Shown piece by piece: positions 26,437 to 37,048 of a DNA stretch of 47,211 nucleotides. Position 1 is the stretch's first letter. Each line of letters begins with the position of its first letter. The DNA lies in contig JBBDRO010000028.1 of NCBI GenBank assembly GCA_040905425.1, positions 2,265 to 49,475 on the forward strand, read 5' to 3'. This stretch comes from Gemmatimonadota bacterium (GTDB taxonomy: Bacteria > Gemmatimonadota > Gemmatimonadetes > Longimicrobiales > RSA9). A program made the translations under genes and the position numbers. The notes beneath the pieces were generated by a model. It did no database searches. It was not told the DNA's origin and worked only from the letters and a program-made list of their open reading frames with translations.

Positions 26437-29199
26437 TCACTTGCACTCGAACCAGTTGGCCCCCACCCCCGTGGACACCGCCAGCGGCACGTCCAGCGCC
26501 ACGGCGTTCTCCATCCGGTCCACCACCAGCTCGCGCGCCTCGTCTACGCGGTCCTCGGGCACCTCCAGCACCAGTTCGTCATGCACCTGCAGGAGGATGC
26601 GGATGCCGGGCTCGTGGTCCGGGGAGGAGAGGGCGGCGTGCAGGTCGATCATGGCAATCTTGATGATGTCCGCGGCGGAGCCCTGCACGGGGGCGTTGGT
26701 GGCGGCGCGCTCGCCGAACTGGCGGATGTTCCAGTTCTTGGCGTGCACCTCCGGCACGTAGCGGCGTCGGCCCGTGATGGTCTCCACGTAGCCTTGCTGC
26801 CTGGCCTTCTCGATCTGCTCGTCCAGCCAGCGACGCACGTCGGCGAAGCGCTCGAAGTACTGCTCGATGAACGCCTTGGCCTCGGCCTGGCCGGTGCCCA
26901 GCTTCTGCGCCAGCATGAAGGGGCCGATGCCGTAGATGGTGGCGAAGTTGACCGTCTTGGCCGCGTCCCGCTGCTGCGGGCTGACGTCCTCGCTGGCCAC
27001 GTTGAAGATGACGGCCGCGGTCTCCCGGTGGATGTCCCGCCCGGCGCGGAAGGCCTCCACGAAGGCCGGGTCGCCGGCCAGGTGGGCCAGCACGCGGAGC
27101 TCGATCTGCGAGTAGTCGGCGGAGACGAAGCGGTGGCCGGGGGCGGGCACGAAGCCCTTGCGGATCTCGGCGCCCATCTCCGTGCGGATGGGGATGTTCT
27201 GGAGGTTGGGGTCCACGCTGGAGAGCCGGCCGGTGGCGGCCACCGTCTGCGCGAAGGAGGTGTGGATGCGGCCCGTGTCGGGGTTCACCATCTTCGGCAG
27301 GGCGTCCACGTAGGTGCCCTTCAGCTTGTCCACCTGGCGGAACTGCATGAGCTGGAGCGGCAGCTCGTGGCCCTGCGCGGCCAGCTCCTCCAGCACGCTC
27401 ACGTCCGTGGAGGGGCCCGTCTTGGTCTTCTTGATGACGGGCAGTCCCAGGCGGTCGAAGAGGATCTCCCGCAGCTGCGGGGTGGAATTGATGTTGAACT
27501 CCTCCCCGGCGATCTTCCAGATCTCCTCCTGGATGAGCTGCAGCTCGGTGCCCAGCTTCTCCCGCATGCGGCGGAAGAAGGCCTCGTCGATGCCGATGCC
27601 GGCCCACTCCATCTCGGCCAGCACGGGGATGAGCGGCATCTCGATGTCATCGAAGAGCTTGCGCAGCTCGGCCTGCTCCAGGTCCTCCTCGAAGATGGCC
27701 TTCAGGCGCAGCGGCACGTCCACGTCCTCGCAGGCGTAGTCCTTGACCCGCTCCACGTCACACTCGGCTATGGGCACCTGATCCTTGCCCTTGCCGCACA
27801 GGTCACTGTACGTGGTGGTGCGGTGGTTCAGGAAGGTGAGCGAAAGGGCGTCCATGCCGTGCTCACGCCGGCCCGGGTCGAGCACGTAGGAGGCCAGCAT
27901 GGTGTCGAAGGCCAGGCCACGCAGCGCGAGACCCGCGCGGCGCAGCGCCAGCATGTCATACTTCAGGTTCTGGCCGACCTTGCCCACCTCCGGGTCCTCG
28001 AGCAGCCCCACGAGCGGACGCATCTCGGCCGAGGTGAGGGGCGGCAGGTTCACGCTGGCGTGGTCCCCCAGGTCCAGCTCGCCGGGGCGGGTATGGCGGA
28101 AGGGGAGGTACCAGGCGGTGCCCGGCTCGATGGCCAGGCTGATGCCCACGATGTCACAGCGTAGCGGGTCCAGCGACGTGGTCTCGCAGTCCACGCACAC
28201 CTGCCCGGCCGCGCGGGCGGCGCGCACCACTTCCGCCACCTCCGCCGGCTCGCGCACCAGGCGGTAGTCCCGCTCCTCGAGCGGCTCGGCGGCGTCCTCG
28301 GCGCCCTCCGCGTACTCCCGCGCCAGGGTGCGGAACTCCAGCTCCATGAAGAGGTCGCGCAGGCGGCCGCGGTCGGGTTCGACCACCTTCAGCTTCTCCA
28401 GGTCCAGCTCGAGCGGCAGGTCCTTACGGATGGTCACCAGCTGCCGGGAGAGGCGCACGTTCTCCGCGTGCTCCTGGAGCGCCTCGCGGGCCCGCTTGCC
28501 CTTGAGGTTGGGCGCGGCGGCCAGGATCTCCTCCACGCCGCCATACTCCTGGATGAGCTTCAGCGCGGTCTTGGGGCCGATGCCGCGCGCGCCCGGCACG
28601 TTGTCCGAGCTGTCCCCGATGAGCGCCAGGTAGTCGATGATCCGCTCGGGCGGCACGCCCAGCCGCTCGGCGGCGTTGCGCGTGTCCACCCACTCCTCGT
28701 CCACGCCGTGGGGGCCGCCGCGCCCCGGATTCAGCAGCGCGATGTCCGGGCAGATGAGCTGGTAGAAGTCCTTGTCCCCGGAGACGATCACGCTCTCCAC
28801 CCCGGCGTCGCACGCCAGGGTGGCCAGCGTGCCGATGACGTCGTCGGCCTCCTGCCCCTCCAGCTCCAGCACAGGCACGCGGAAGCCCTCCATGAGCTGG
28901 CGGATGCGCGGCATGGAGGCCGCCAGCTCGTCGGGCATCTTCTCCCGCGTGGCCTTGTACTCGGGGTAGAGCTTCTCGCGATCGCTCATGCCCGCGTCCA
29001 TGACCACGCCCAGGTAGTCCGGCTCGTGCTCCTCCAGGATCTTGAGCAGGAAGCGCGTGAAGCCGAACGCCGCGGAGGTGTTCTCCCCGCGCGAGGTGGT
29101 CAGCGGCGCGTTGATCATGGCAAAGAACGCGCGGTAGATGAGGGCGTAGCCGTCGATCAGGAAGAGGCGCGGCCGGGTCTTGGCCGGAACGTCAACCAT
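26437..29199 (-). CDS. polA: DNA polymerase I
   Basis: 5'-3' exonuclease (LIDG..LIYRAFFA, EADDVIGTLA, GDKD), 3'-5' exonuclease DCET, polymerase motifs TGRLSS, DYSQIELR, KTVNF, QVHDEL. Confidence 0.98.
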   Translation of the reverse strand: MVDVPAKTRPRLFLIDGYALIYRAFFAMINAPLTTSRGENTSAAFGFTRFLLKILEEHEPDYLGVVMDAGMSDREKLYPEYKATREKMPDELAASMPRIRQLMEGFRVPVLELEGQEADDVIGTLATLACDAGVESVIVSGDKDFYQLICPDIALLNPGRGGPHGVDEEWVDTRNAAERLGVPPERIIDYLALIGDSSDNVPGARGIGPKTALKLIQEYGGVEEILAAAPNLKGKRAREALQEHAENVRLSRQLVTIRKDLPLELDLEKLKVVEPDRGRLRDLFMELEFRTLAREYAEGAEDAAEPLEERDYRLVREPAEVAEVVRAARAAGQVCVDCETTSLDPLRCDIVGISLAIEPGTAWYLPFRHTRPGELDLGDHASVNLPPLTSAEMRPLVGLLEDPEVGKVGQNLKYDMLALRRAGLALRGLAFDTMLASYVLDPGRREHGMDALSLTFLNHRTTTYSDLCGKGKDQVPIAECDVERVKDYACEDVDVPLRLKAIFEEDLEQAELRKLFDDIEMPLIPVLAEMEWAGIGIDEAFFRRMREKLGTELQLIQEEIWKIAGEEFNINSTPQLREILFDRLGLPVIKKTKTGPSTDVSVLEELAAQGHELPLQLMQFRQVDKLKGTYVDALPKMVNPDTGRIHTSFAQTVAATGRLSSVDPNLQNIPIRTEMGAEIRKGFVPAPGHRFVSADYSQIELRVLAHLAGDPAFVEAFRAGRDIHRETAAVIFNVASEDVSPQQRDAAKTVNFATIYGIGPFMLAQKLGTGQAEAKAFIEQYFERFADVRRWLDEQIEKARQQGYVETITGRRRYVPEVHAKNWNIRQFGERAATNAPVQGSAADIIKIAMIDLHAALSSPDHEPGIRILLQVHDELVLEVPEDRVDEARELVVDRMENAVALDVPLAVSTGVGANWFECK

Positions 29200-29428
29200 G
29201 GGGCCTCGGATGCTGGCGGGTGTGCGTGGCGCGAGCGGGGGAAACTAGCCGGCGGGCGGGTGATGCGCAGCCTCCGATGGCGGTTGGCGCAGCCAGCGGT
29301 GCCGGCGCCTGGGGTAGCCGGCAACGGCTGCCGGCGATCCGCACAGCTCACCGGGGCAGCTGTGGTGGGATGCCCGGGATTCTCAACCCAACATCGGCTC
29401 CGCAGAACAACTTTCTCGTATACTGTAT

Positions 29429-29458
29429 ACTATATACCGCAGAATCGTTGTGCCGCAA
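29429..29458 (-). promoter_or_regulatory. Possible polA promoter TTGCGG-N18-TATAGT
   Basis: AT-rich patch ~230 bp upstream of polA with plausible hexamers. Confidence 0.35.
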
Positions 29459-29476
29459 CGATCTCATGCGGAATTC

Positions 29477-30715
29477 TCAGAGCGTGCCAGCAGGCACCCC
29501 CAACCGGTACCGCACGATATACGGCACGTCGAACTCATCCGTCACGGTGCCCCAGACGTGATCCATGTCGGCGACCTCCACGCGGAGCTCGCGCGGCAGC
29601 GCGAGGGAAGCCGTCATCCGCCCCTCGGCGTCCAGCACGTTCCAGCGGCCCGTGCGGCCAAACCCGGGCGTCTCGCGCTGCAGCCAGATGGAGCCGTCGC
29701 GCCCCGCCACCACGTTCTTCACGGGCGGATGGAAATCCGGCAGCACGAGCCGCTCGCGGATGACCTCCTCGGCCGCGGCGGCCGACGCGAAGATGGGCGG
29801 GAACTGCCCCCCGCCCGCCGGCGCGGTGGCGCGACGCACCAGCGGCGCCACGATGGAGTCCACCTCCTCGGCGGTGACGCGCCGCGGCACGTAGGTGAAC
29901 CACCGGCGCCACACCTCCCGGCCGTCCAGGTCGAGGAGCGCCACGCTGAAGCGCGGCTCCCGCCCCTCCTGGTGGTAGGGCCGCTCCACCACCACGAAAC
30001 CGGAGCCGTCGGCCAGCGGGACATTCAGGGGGCGCTCGCTGAACGGCTGGCTGCTGAAGCTGCGGGGGCCGGTCTCATTGCGCGGGTTGCTGATCTCGAG
30101 GGTGCCACTCTCCAGCGGGATGGCCTGGATGACGTTCAGGAGCTCCCCCGCCCGGCTGAGGCGCAGCAGATGCACCTCGGTGATCTCACCGCTGGTTACC
30201 AGGTGCGATGGCGCGCTGGTACTGCCGGCGAGGGTCCCGTCCGCCAGGAGGCGACCGGCCTGCACGGTGGTGGGCCCGGCGGGACCGTCCACCGAGAAGC
30301 GGATGTTCTGGGAGGACAGGAAGGCGCCATTGCGATCGAAGAAGCTCATGCGGGCTTCCCGGTTGTCGTAGGTCCACAGCGTGTCGGCCCGCCAGCCGAA
30401 GGCGCCGATGCTGCGGAACTCGCCCGGGCCGTCGCCCGCCCTGCCGATCACCCGGAGCAGCGCGCCGTCCGGGCTCCACACGCGCAGCTTCTGCTCGTTG
30501 GTGTGCGCCGACCAGATGGCGCCCTCCGCACCGGCGCGGATGCTGGACGCCCAGTCGAACGCGTAGGTGGTGTCATCGGCGCTGCCGATGCGCAGCGTTT
30601 CCCCGGCCACCAGGCGGTCGGCCTGCGCCTGGAGCGGCGCGGCCGCGGCTGGAACGAGGAGCATGAGCGGGAGCTGGAGGACGGCGCGGGGAAGGCGGAG
30701 GCGTGGACGTCGCAT
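29477..30715 (-). CDS. Secreted 6-bladed beta-propeller (NHL-like) protein
   Basis: Signal peptide, IGRAGDGPGEF, DTLWTYD, GRDGSIWL, terminal DEFDVPYIVRYRL. GGAG RBS before ATG 30715. Confidence 0.75.
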   Translation of the reverse strand: MRRPRLRLPRAVLQLPLMLLVPAAAAPLQAQADRLVAGETLRIGSADDTTYAFDWASSIRAGAEGAIWSAHTNEQKLRVWSPDGALLRVIGRAGDGPGEFRSIGAFGWRADTLWTYDNREARMSFFDRNGAFLSSQNIRFSVDGPAGPTTVQAGRLLADGTLAGSTSAPSHLVTSGEITEVHLLRLSRAGELLNVIQAIPLESGTLEISNPRNETGPRSFSSQPFSERPLNVPLADGSGFVVVERPYHQEGREPRFSVALLDLDGREVWRRWFTYVPRRVTAEEVDSIVAPLVRRATAPAGGGQFPPIFASAAAAEEVIRERLVLPDFHPPVKNVVAGRDGSIWLQRETPGFGRTGRWNVLDAEGRMTASLALPRELRVEVADMDHVWGTVTDEFDVPYIVRYRLGVPAGTL

Positions 30716-30842
30716 GAAAGAACTCCGTGGTGATGGACCGCGGCCCGGAGCACCGCAAGCGCAGCGCGCCCCGCGGGCGGACCAGCGGGGCGCGGCTCGT
30801 GCGCGTGGCATGGTGTAGCTTGGTGTGGCGTGGCGACAGGGG

Positions 30843-31052
30843 TCAGGCGCTGGCGGCCCTACCTACGTTGGACGCCTGGAGGCCCTTGTCCGTCTGGCGG
30901 ACCTCGAATTCCACCTCTTCGCCTTCCGCGAGGGTCTTGAAACCCTCCATGGTGATCGCGGAGAAATGAACGAACACGTCTTCCCCGTCCGACTGTTCAA
31001 TGAACCCGTACCCCTTGGCGTCATTGAACCACTTCACCTTCCCCCTGGCCAT
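30843..31052 (-). CDS. Cold-shock protein (CspA family)
   Basis: [15 protein letters not shown] (RNP1), DVFVHFSAI (RNP2). GGAGG RBS. Confidence 0.96.
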   Translation of the reverse strand: MARGKVKWFNDAKGYGFIEQSDGEDVFVHFSAITMEGFKTLAEGEEVEFEVRQTDKGLQASNVGRAASA

Positions 31053-31108
31053 CGAACTGCCTCCTGATTGGACGAAAACCCGCAGAACCAACAGACCTGC
31101 AGGAAGCC

Positions 31109-31138
31109 AAGGTAGGAGTGCGCGTTTCCGGGTGTCAA
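31109..31138 (-). promoter_or_regulatory. Sigma-70 promoter TTGACA-N18-TACCTT for the csp gene
   Basis: Perfect -35 hexamer with a correctly spaced -10. Confidence 0.65.
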
Positions 31139-31146
31139 GGAAAAAA

Positions 31147-33594
31147 TCAGCGATTCCCGGGAGTCGTACCTACATCAGAGTACATGTAGAGGGCACGGTA
31201 CATCCGGGCGTTCTGCTGCACGATCTTCACGTAATCACGTGTTTCCGTGAACGGAATGCGCTCCGTGAAGCGCTCGTCGTGATCGAATTCCGGGAAGGTG
31301 CGCCAGCGTTTCACCCGGGTGGGTCCGGCATTGTAGGCGGAGAGCACGATCGGCAGCCGCCCCTCATACTCGGCCAGCTGCTCGGCCAGGTAGCGCATGC
31401 CCAGATGCACGTTGAACTCGCCGCGCCGAAGCATGTCGGGATCGAAGCGACGTACGCCGGATCCACGGGCCAGCGTAGCGCCCGTCTCCGGCATGATCTG
31501 CATCAGGCCGATGGCCCCCGCGGGACTCAGCGCGCGCGGATTGAACATGGACTCCTGCCGGATGAGCGCCGCCGCCAGGAACGGGTCCACCCCGCGCTCC
31601 TCCGCCTCCGCCACCACGATGTCCCGGAAGGGGAACGGATAGACGATGCGTAGCAGGCGCGGATTCCAGGCGCCCTCGCGCCGGTAGATGTCCCAGGCCA
31701 GCGCAATGCCGGCGGCGCTGGCGCCCCGCCCGATGAGCGCCTCGGCCAGGGCGTAGTGGTGGGCCGGATCCGCGGCGAAGCGCCGGCGCACGCGCTCCAA
31801 CTCGAAGGCGGCCTCGGCGTCCAGCCCCGCGCGCCTGAGCAGGTCCACCGCGGCGAAGCCGGCGCGCAGGCGCTCCTCCAGCGCCGGGTCGCGCGGCGGC
31901 GCGGCGGCCAGGGGCACGTCCAGCACCGCCACGCCCAGCAACTCCGCCGCCTGGCCGCCGTAGTAGGAGAAGGGATCGCGCGCCCGCACCTCGCTGAGCA
32001 GGCCGCGGGCGGTGGCGCTGTCTCCCTGCTGGGTATGGATGAGCGCCGCCCAGTAGGTGGCCTGCTGCCAGCGGCGCCCGGTGGGGAAGGCGGAGCGGTA
32101 GCCCTCGAACGCGCCCAGCGCCTCCACCGGACGGCCGCGCTCCAGCATCAGTCCGCCCAGCCGCATCCAGGAGAAGCCCACCTGCTCCACGTCGGCGGGC
32201 ACGGCGGTGGCCTGGCGGAAATTCCGCTCCGCCGCCTCGAAGCGGCCATCGTCCTGGTCCAGGTCGGCCAGCAGGTAGAGCGCGCGCGCGGCGCCGTCCT
32301 GGCCCGGGAAGCGCTCGGCCACCCGGCCCAGCGTGCGGCGCGCCTCGGCCACGCCACCCGCACGGTAGCGGGCACGGGCGGCCGTGTAGAGCGCCTCCGC
32401 CCGCACGCTGGCGGACAGCACCTGGCGCTCGGCCACGCCCGTCAGCAGCGGCTCGGCCGCCCCGTACTCGCCGGCGTTGAAGAGCCCCCGACCCAGCGCC
32501 AGACGGAGCTCCTCACGCTCCTGCGGGCTTCCCAGATCGGTAGCCAGGTAGGCCTCGATGGCGGGGCGGGCGCGCGCCGCGTTGCCGTGCCGGAGCCACG
32601 TCTCTCCCACCGCCAGGCGCTGGCGCACGTCCAGGTTGCCCAGCTCACCCAGGTGGCGGGCGGCGGTCACACCCGCGGCCGTGCCGCGGCCGTCCTCCAG
32701 GATGCGCAGGAAGGTGCGGCGCGCGGCGGCGCTGTCTCCGTGCGCGAGCTGCGTCTCGCCGGCCACGGCCAGCGCCTCGGCGCGGGCGCCGGCGGTGGCC
32801 AACCGCCCGGCCGCGTCCAGCGCCGCGGCCACCGCGGCGTCCGCATCCTCCGCCTGGCTGTAGGCGCGCACACGGGTGCGCCACGCCCAGTCCCAGGCCA
32901 GCTCACGGTCCAGCGCGTCCAGCCGGACGCGCACCGCCGCGGTGTCCCCCGTGGCCGCCGACGCCTCGGCGGCCAGCACGCCCATCCAGCCCGCCGCGGC
33001 GGGCAGCAGCGCGGCGGCGCGCTCGTAGCCCATCCGCGCCGCCTCGTGATCCTGCGCGCGCGCGGCGGCGCGGGCGCGGCGGAGCTCGGCCAGGCCGCGC
33101 TCGGTGGCGTCCGTATCGGCAGCCAGCTCCAGGTAGCGCCCCAGGGCGGCGCGCCCTCCGGCCAGGTTACCGGTGGCCAGCCGCGCGCGCCCCAGCAGAT
33201 GCCAGCCGCGCGCGCCCTCCGCCGTGTCCAACCACGCCCGCCCGTCGAGCAGGCGCTCCACCTCGGCCCAGTCGCCCCAACCGGCCTCCGCCTCGGCGGC
33301 GGTGAGGAGCGCGACGGGCAGGCTGTCGGCGCGCGGCCGCAGGTAGGCGCGCATGATGGTGGCGGCGCGGAAGTAGCGGCCCTGGGCCAGTGCGGTGCGG
33401 GCGGAGTCCGGGACCTCCGCATGGGAGCCGGCGGCCATGGACATGGTCGGGGCCGCGGCGGCCGGCATGGCCCGCGCTCCGAGGGTCGGCGCTCCGGGGG
33501 TCGGCGCTCCGAGGGTCGGCGCTCCGAGGGTCGGCGTGGCCGAGGCTCCGGCCGCAACAAGAACGAGCAGGGAAAGCGTGCTGCCTACGGCCAT
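31147..33594 (-). CDS. Soluble lytic transglycosylase (Slt70-like, TPR repeats)
   Basis: IRQES (catalytic Glu), GLMQIM, AYNAG, ETRDYV. Helical repeats and a signal peptide. Confidence 0.9.
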   Translation of the reverse strand: MAVGSTLSLLVLVAAGASATPTLGAPTLGAPTPGAPTLGARAMPAAAAPTMSMAAGSHAEVPDSARTALAQGRYFRAATIMRAYLRPRADSLPVALLTAAEAEAGWGDWAEVERLLDGRAWLDTAEGARGWHLLGRARLATGNLAGGRAALGRYLELAADTDATERGLAELRRARAAARAQDHEAARMGYERAAALLPAAAGWMGVLAAEASAATGDTAAVRVRLDALDRELAWDWAWRTRVRAYSQAEDADAAVAAALDAAGRLATAGARAEALAVAGETQLAHGDSAAARRTFLRILEDGRGTAAGVTAARHLGELGNLDVRQRLAVGETWLRHGNAARARPAIEAYLATDLGSPQEREELRLALGRGLFNAGEYGAAEPLLTGVAERQVLSASVRAEALYTAARARYRAGGVAEARRTLGRVAERFPGQDGAARALYLLADLDQDDGRFEAAERNFRQATAVPADVEQVGFSWMRLGGLMLERGRPVEALGAFEGYRSAFPTGRRWQQATYWAALIHTQQGDSATARGLLSEVRARDPFSYYGGQAAELLGVAVLDVPLAAAPPRDPALEERLRAGFAAVDLLRRAGLDAEAAFELERVRRRFAADPAHHYALAEALIGRGASAAGIALAWDIYRREGAWNPRLLRIVYPFPFRDIVVAEAEERGVDPFLAAALIRQESMFNPRALSPAGAIGLMQIMPETGATLARGSGVRRFDPDMLRRGEFNVHLGMRYLAEQLAEYEGRLPIVLSAYNAGPTRVKRWRTFPEFDHDERFTERIPFTETRDYVKIVQQNARMYRALYMYSDVGTTPGNR
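33476..33535. repeat. 15-bp tandem repeat x4 encoding (PT[L/P]GA)4 after the Slt signal peptide
   Basis: GCTCCGAGGGTCGGC units, one with a single substitution. Confidence 0.9.
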
Positions 33595-33609
33595 GCTACT
33601 CCTGTGGCG

Positions 33610-35043
33610 CTAGCGGCGCGGCTTCAGGCGTTCGGCCACGCGGCGGAACTCCATCTCGGACTCGGGCGTGAGTTCGAAACGCCCGAGCCCGGACCGGTCG
33701 TAGAAGATGAGGCGGACACCGCCGCCCGGGCCCACGCGCAGGTAGCTCCACTCGATGACGTCGGGGCGCGCGCCCATGTCACGGTCGCTGAACCGCTCGT
33801 AGGACTCATCGGGCGGGCCGAGCACGATGTAGACCTCGCCCCGGTCCGTCCGCCACCCGGGCCGGCCCGACTCGCCGAAGAGCTCGGCGGCCACGCGCAC
33901 ACGCTCGAAGAACTCCTCGCGATACTCGTTCAGCGGCGTGGCCGGCAGCGGGTCGCGGATGCGCCAGAACTCCTCCCAGCGCTCGCGCCGCTCCGCCGGG
34001 GTGCCCGCCTGCAGCGAGTCCAGCTCCTCGTTGGTGCCGATGAAGCGGAGGAACTCCAGCACCTCCTCGAAATTGGCCACCATCCACTGATCGGAGATGG
34101 TGAGCAGTAGCGGCGCGCTCGCCTGGTTGCCCGCCACGCCGTGCGGGAATACCTCCGCGGTGTGCCGCCCCAGCGGCAGGGCGTCGGCGTCCACGGTGAT
34201 CAGGGCATGGCGCACGGCGCCCTCGTCCACGCTGAGGGCGCTCGTGCCCCGCCAGATCGGCTGGCCTTCCTCATCCAGCACCCGCACCCCCACCGAGTCC
34301 GCAGCCGGCGTGCCATACCATTCCACGTACAGCCGGGGCGCCTCCGCGCCGTAGGGTACGGTGCGGCGGGGATTCACCAGCAGACGCGGGTGCGCGGCGC
34401 GGTCGGCGCGCGGCTCCGCCGCGTAGACCGACACGGGGAGGGTGAGCACCGTGGCGCCGGCGCCGTAGGCCGGCACCTCCAGGGTGTCCAGCGCGTCGAA
34501 CCCCCTCGAGCTGTTCCGGTCACCGGCCACCACCGTCACCTCGTACGTCCCCGGGGCCAGCGCCACCAGGTCCTGGAAGACCACGCTCTCCTCGGTGCGC
34601 GCGGTCTCGGCGAAGGCGGGGATGCGCACCGTCTCCTCCCGCTCGCTGCGGCGCACCTCCACGCTGTCCCGCCGGAAGACGAGTGACACCTCGTAGCGCG
34701 CGGCAAAGGAGCGCTCCTCGCGCTGGAAGCGGAGGGCGCTGTTCGGCAGGGACATGGCAAAAAGCACGTACGTGGAATCGGCGGGACCCGCCACGGTGGC
34801 AAAGGACGCCACGACCGGAAAGTGCGCCGGGCCGGCCAGGAAGCCCAGCCGGCTATAGACCGCGAGCGGGCGCGCGGCGGGACCCACGGCGGCCGCGTCC
34901 AGCGTGCGCTCGATCGTCCCCCCGCCGCAGGCGCCCGCCACGAACGCGCCGGCCAGTGCCGCGCCCGCGGCCAGGCCCCGGAACGCAAGAGGGCCGCCCA
35001 GTGGGCGGCCCTCCAACATGCTGCGGGCGGTACGCCGGCTCAC
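33610..35043 (-). CDS. GWxTD-domain lipoprotein
   Basis: EFWRIRDP...NEYREEFFERV...GWRTDRGEVYIVLGPPD. Lipobox-like VAGAC. Start uncertain (35019-35064). Confidence 0.85.
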   Translation of the reverse strand: MSRRTARSMLEGRPLGGPLAFRGLAAGAALAGAFVAGACGGGTIERTLDAAAVGPAARPLAVYSRLGFLAGPAHFPVVASFATVAGPADSTYVLFAMSLPNSALRFQREERSFAARYEVSLVFRRDSVEVRRSEREETVRIPAFAETARTEESVVFQDLVALAPGTYEVTVVAGDRNSSRGFDALDTLEVPAYGAGATVLTLPVSVYAAEPRADRAAHPRLLVNPRRTVPYGAEAPRLYVEWYGTPAADSVGVRVLDEEGQPIWRGTSALSVDEGAVRHALITVDADALPLGRHTAEVFPHGVAGNQASAPLLLTISDQWMVANFEEVLEFLRFIGTNEELDSLQAGTPAERRERWEEFWRIRDPLPATPLNEYREEFFERVRVAAELFGESGRPGWRTDRGEVYIVLGPPDESYERFSDRDMGARPDVIEWSYLRVGPGGGVRLIFYDRSGLGRFELTPESEMEFRRVAERLKPRR

Positions 35044-35047
35044 AAGG

Positions 35048-35737
35048 TCAGATGCCCTGCGCATGGAGGGCGTCCACCATCTTCTGCGCCGACTCCTCCA
35101 TGTCGATCACCATACGATCGATCTTGGAGACGAAATAGTTGTGCGCAATGTTGACGGGGATGGCGATCACCAGACCGGTGGCGGTGGTGATGAGCGCCAC
35201 CTTGATGCCGCCGGCCACCAGCGAGGCTTCCACCTCACCGGCCAGCTCGATGTTCTGGAAGGCCACGATCATACCGATCACCGTGCCCAGGAAGCCCAGC
35301 AGCGGGGCCACGTTGGAAACGGTGGCCAGCCAGACCAGGCCGCGCTCCAATGAAGCCATCTCGATCAGGCCCACGTTCTCGATGGCCTTCATCACGCGTT
35401 CGGTGCCCTCGTTGCGCCGCTCCAGCCCCGCAGCCAGGATGCGGCCGGCGGGCGAGTTGGACTCGCGCGAAGCCTTGAGCGCCTCGTCGATCTTGCCCTT
35501 GGCAATGAGGTCATCCACCTGGCGCAGGAACTTGGTGGTGCGCGCGGACTTGGCGGTGAGGTCGAAGAGCTTCCAGATGATGACGACGAGCCCGAGCAGC
35601 GCGGTGGCGCCCAGGAAGTACATCATCCAGCCGCCGTCGTTCCAGGTCTTGGCGATCCACTCGGCAATCGACAGGTCCGCGCCTTCCAGCGCTTCCGCCT
35701 GGAGAATCGCAAGGATGGGGGTGCTGAAACTGGCCAA
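35048..35737 (-). CDS. MotA/TolQ/ExbB proton-channel family protein
   Basis: APLLGFLGTVIGMI, GIKVALITTATGL, AIP motifs. TTG start behind GGAGG. Confidence 0.92.
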   Translation of the reverse strand: MASFSTPILAILQAEALEGADLSIAEWIAKTWNDGGWMMYFLGATALLGLVVIIWKLFDLTAKSARTTKFLRQVDDLIAKGKIDEALKASRESNSPAGRILAAGLERRNEGTERVMKAIENVGLIEMASLERGLVWLATVSNVAPLLGFLGTVIGMIVAFQNIELAGEVEASLVAGGIKVALITTATGLVIAIPVNIAHNYFVSKIDRMVIDMEESAQKMVDALHAQGI

Positions 35738-35814
35738 AGTGACCTCCGTGGGACGTGACCGTCGCCTTACAACGGCGGTTAAGAAGCGATTTTCGAGGCT
35801 CAGGAAACCGAGCG

Positions 35815-35843
35815 AAGGTACCGGAGCCTTCCGGGGGTGTCAA
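35815..35843 (-). promoter_or_regulatory. Sigma-70 promoter TTGACA-N17-TACCTT
   Basis: Perfect -35, 17-bp spacer, same -10 as the csp promoter. Confidence 0.7.
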
Positions 35844-35917
35844 GGCCCGCGCCGCCCCGTGTATACAACCTGCCGGCGGCGTTTCCACGCATCGTCGACT
35901 GCCGGTCGGGGACACGT

Positions 35918-37048
35918 TCACGCGCCGCGCTTCGGGCCCTCCAGCCGGACGAGCGCAGGCTCCTTGATACAGGCCGCGAAGTGTTCGGGTTCCTTCTCGG
36001 CCAGCGGCGGCACCATGCGGGCGCAGTCCGCGTCCTTCAGGGGATGGGGGCAGCGCGGGTGGAACGGACAGCCGGGCGGCGGATTCGAGGGACTGGGCAC
36101 GTCACCCTGCAGCACGATCCGATCGCGCGCCTGGCCGGGCTCCGGCACCGGCACCGCGGAAAGCAGAGCGCGCGTGTACGGATGGCGCGGCGAGCGCACC
36201 ACCGCGTCCGCGCTGCCCAGCTCCACGATGCGGCCCAGATACATGACGGCCACCCGATCACTCACGTGCTCCACCACGGAGAGGTCGTGGGCAATGAAGA
36301 GGTAGGACAGGCCGAGCTCGCCCTGCAGATCCTGCAGCAGGTTCAGCACCTGCGCCTGCACGGAGACGTCCAGCGCGGAGACGGGCTCGTCACAGACAAT
36401 GAAGTCCGGCTCCACGGACAGGGCGCGCGCGATGCCGATGCGCTGCCGCTGCCCGCCGCTGAACTCGTGCGGGTAGCGGCGCTCGCTCGTGGCCGGCAGG
36501 CCCACGCGCTGGAGCAGGTCCCGCACGCGCCGGCCGGCGTCCGCCCCCCGGGCCAGGTCGTGTACCTTGAGCACCTCGCGCAGCGTGTCCCCCACCGTCA
36601 TGCGTGGGTTCAGCGAGCCGTACGGGTCCTGGAAGACAATCTGCGCGCGGCGGCGGAGCGCGCGCAGCGCCTGGTGGTCCATGCCGAAGACGTCCACGCC
36701 CTCGAAGAACGCCTCCCCGGAGGTGGGCTCGTCCAGCCGGAGGATGGCCCGGCCGGTGGTGGTCTTGCCGGAACCCGACTCGCCCACCAGCCCCAGCGTC
36801 TCCCCGCGGCGCACGCGGAAGGTGACGCCGTCCACGGCCCGTACGGCGCCCACCTGTCGGGCAAAGAGCCCACGCCGGATGGGGAAGTGCTTGATCAGCT
36901 CGCGCACGTCCAGCAGGGTGTTCTCGGGGGGCGGCACCTCACCGGGGGTGAGTCCGCGCGTGTCACTGTCCCCCTTGGCGGGCGGCAGCGCCTCCGTGGC
37001 ATCCGGCACCACCGGCCTCACCTGGAGCGGCGCTGCGGCGGCGCTCAC
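35918..37048 (-). CDS. Oligo/dipeptide ABC transporter ATPase (OppF/DppF-like)
   Basis: [51 protein letters not shown]. Confidence 0.93.
   Translation of the reverse strand: MSAAAAPLQVRPVVPDATEALPPAKGDSDTRGLTPGEVPPPENTLLDVRELIKHFPIRRGLFARQVGAVRAVDGVTFRVRRGETLGLVGESGSGKTTTGRAILRLDEPTSGEAFFEGVDVFGMDHQALRALRRRAQIVFQDPYGSLNPRMTVGDTLREVLKVHDLARGADAGRRVRDLLQRVGLPATSERRYPHEFSGGQRQRIGIARALSVEPDFIVCDEPVSALDVSVQAQVLNLLQDLQGELGLSYLFIAHDLSVVEHVSDRVAVMYLGRIVELGSADAVVRSPRHPYTRALLSAVPVPEPGQARDRIVLQGDVPSPSNPPPGCPFHPRCPHPLKDADCARMVPPLAEKEPEHFAACIKEPALVRLEGPKRGA

Noticed and set aside
16628..29199. Prophage or ICE suggested by ssb, polA and the methyltransferase
   Set aside because: No integrase, structural, conjugation or replication-initiator genes. 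polA is a full-length cellular type.
29421..29441. E. coli-type SOS box upstream of polA (TACTGTATACTATATACCG)
   Set aside because: Spacing is N9 rather than CTGT-N8-ACAG, the right arm is imperfect, and that box type is not expected outside its usual proteobacterial range.
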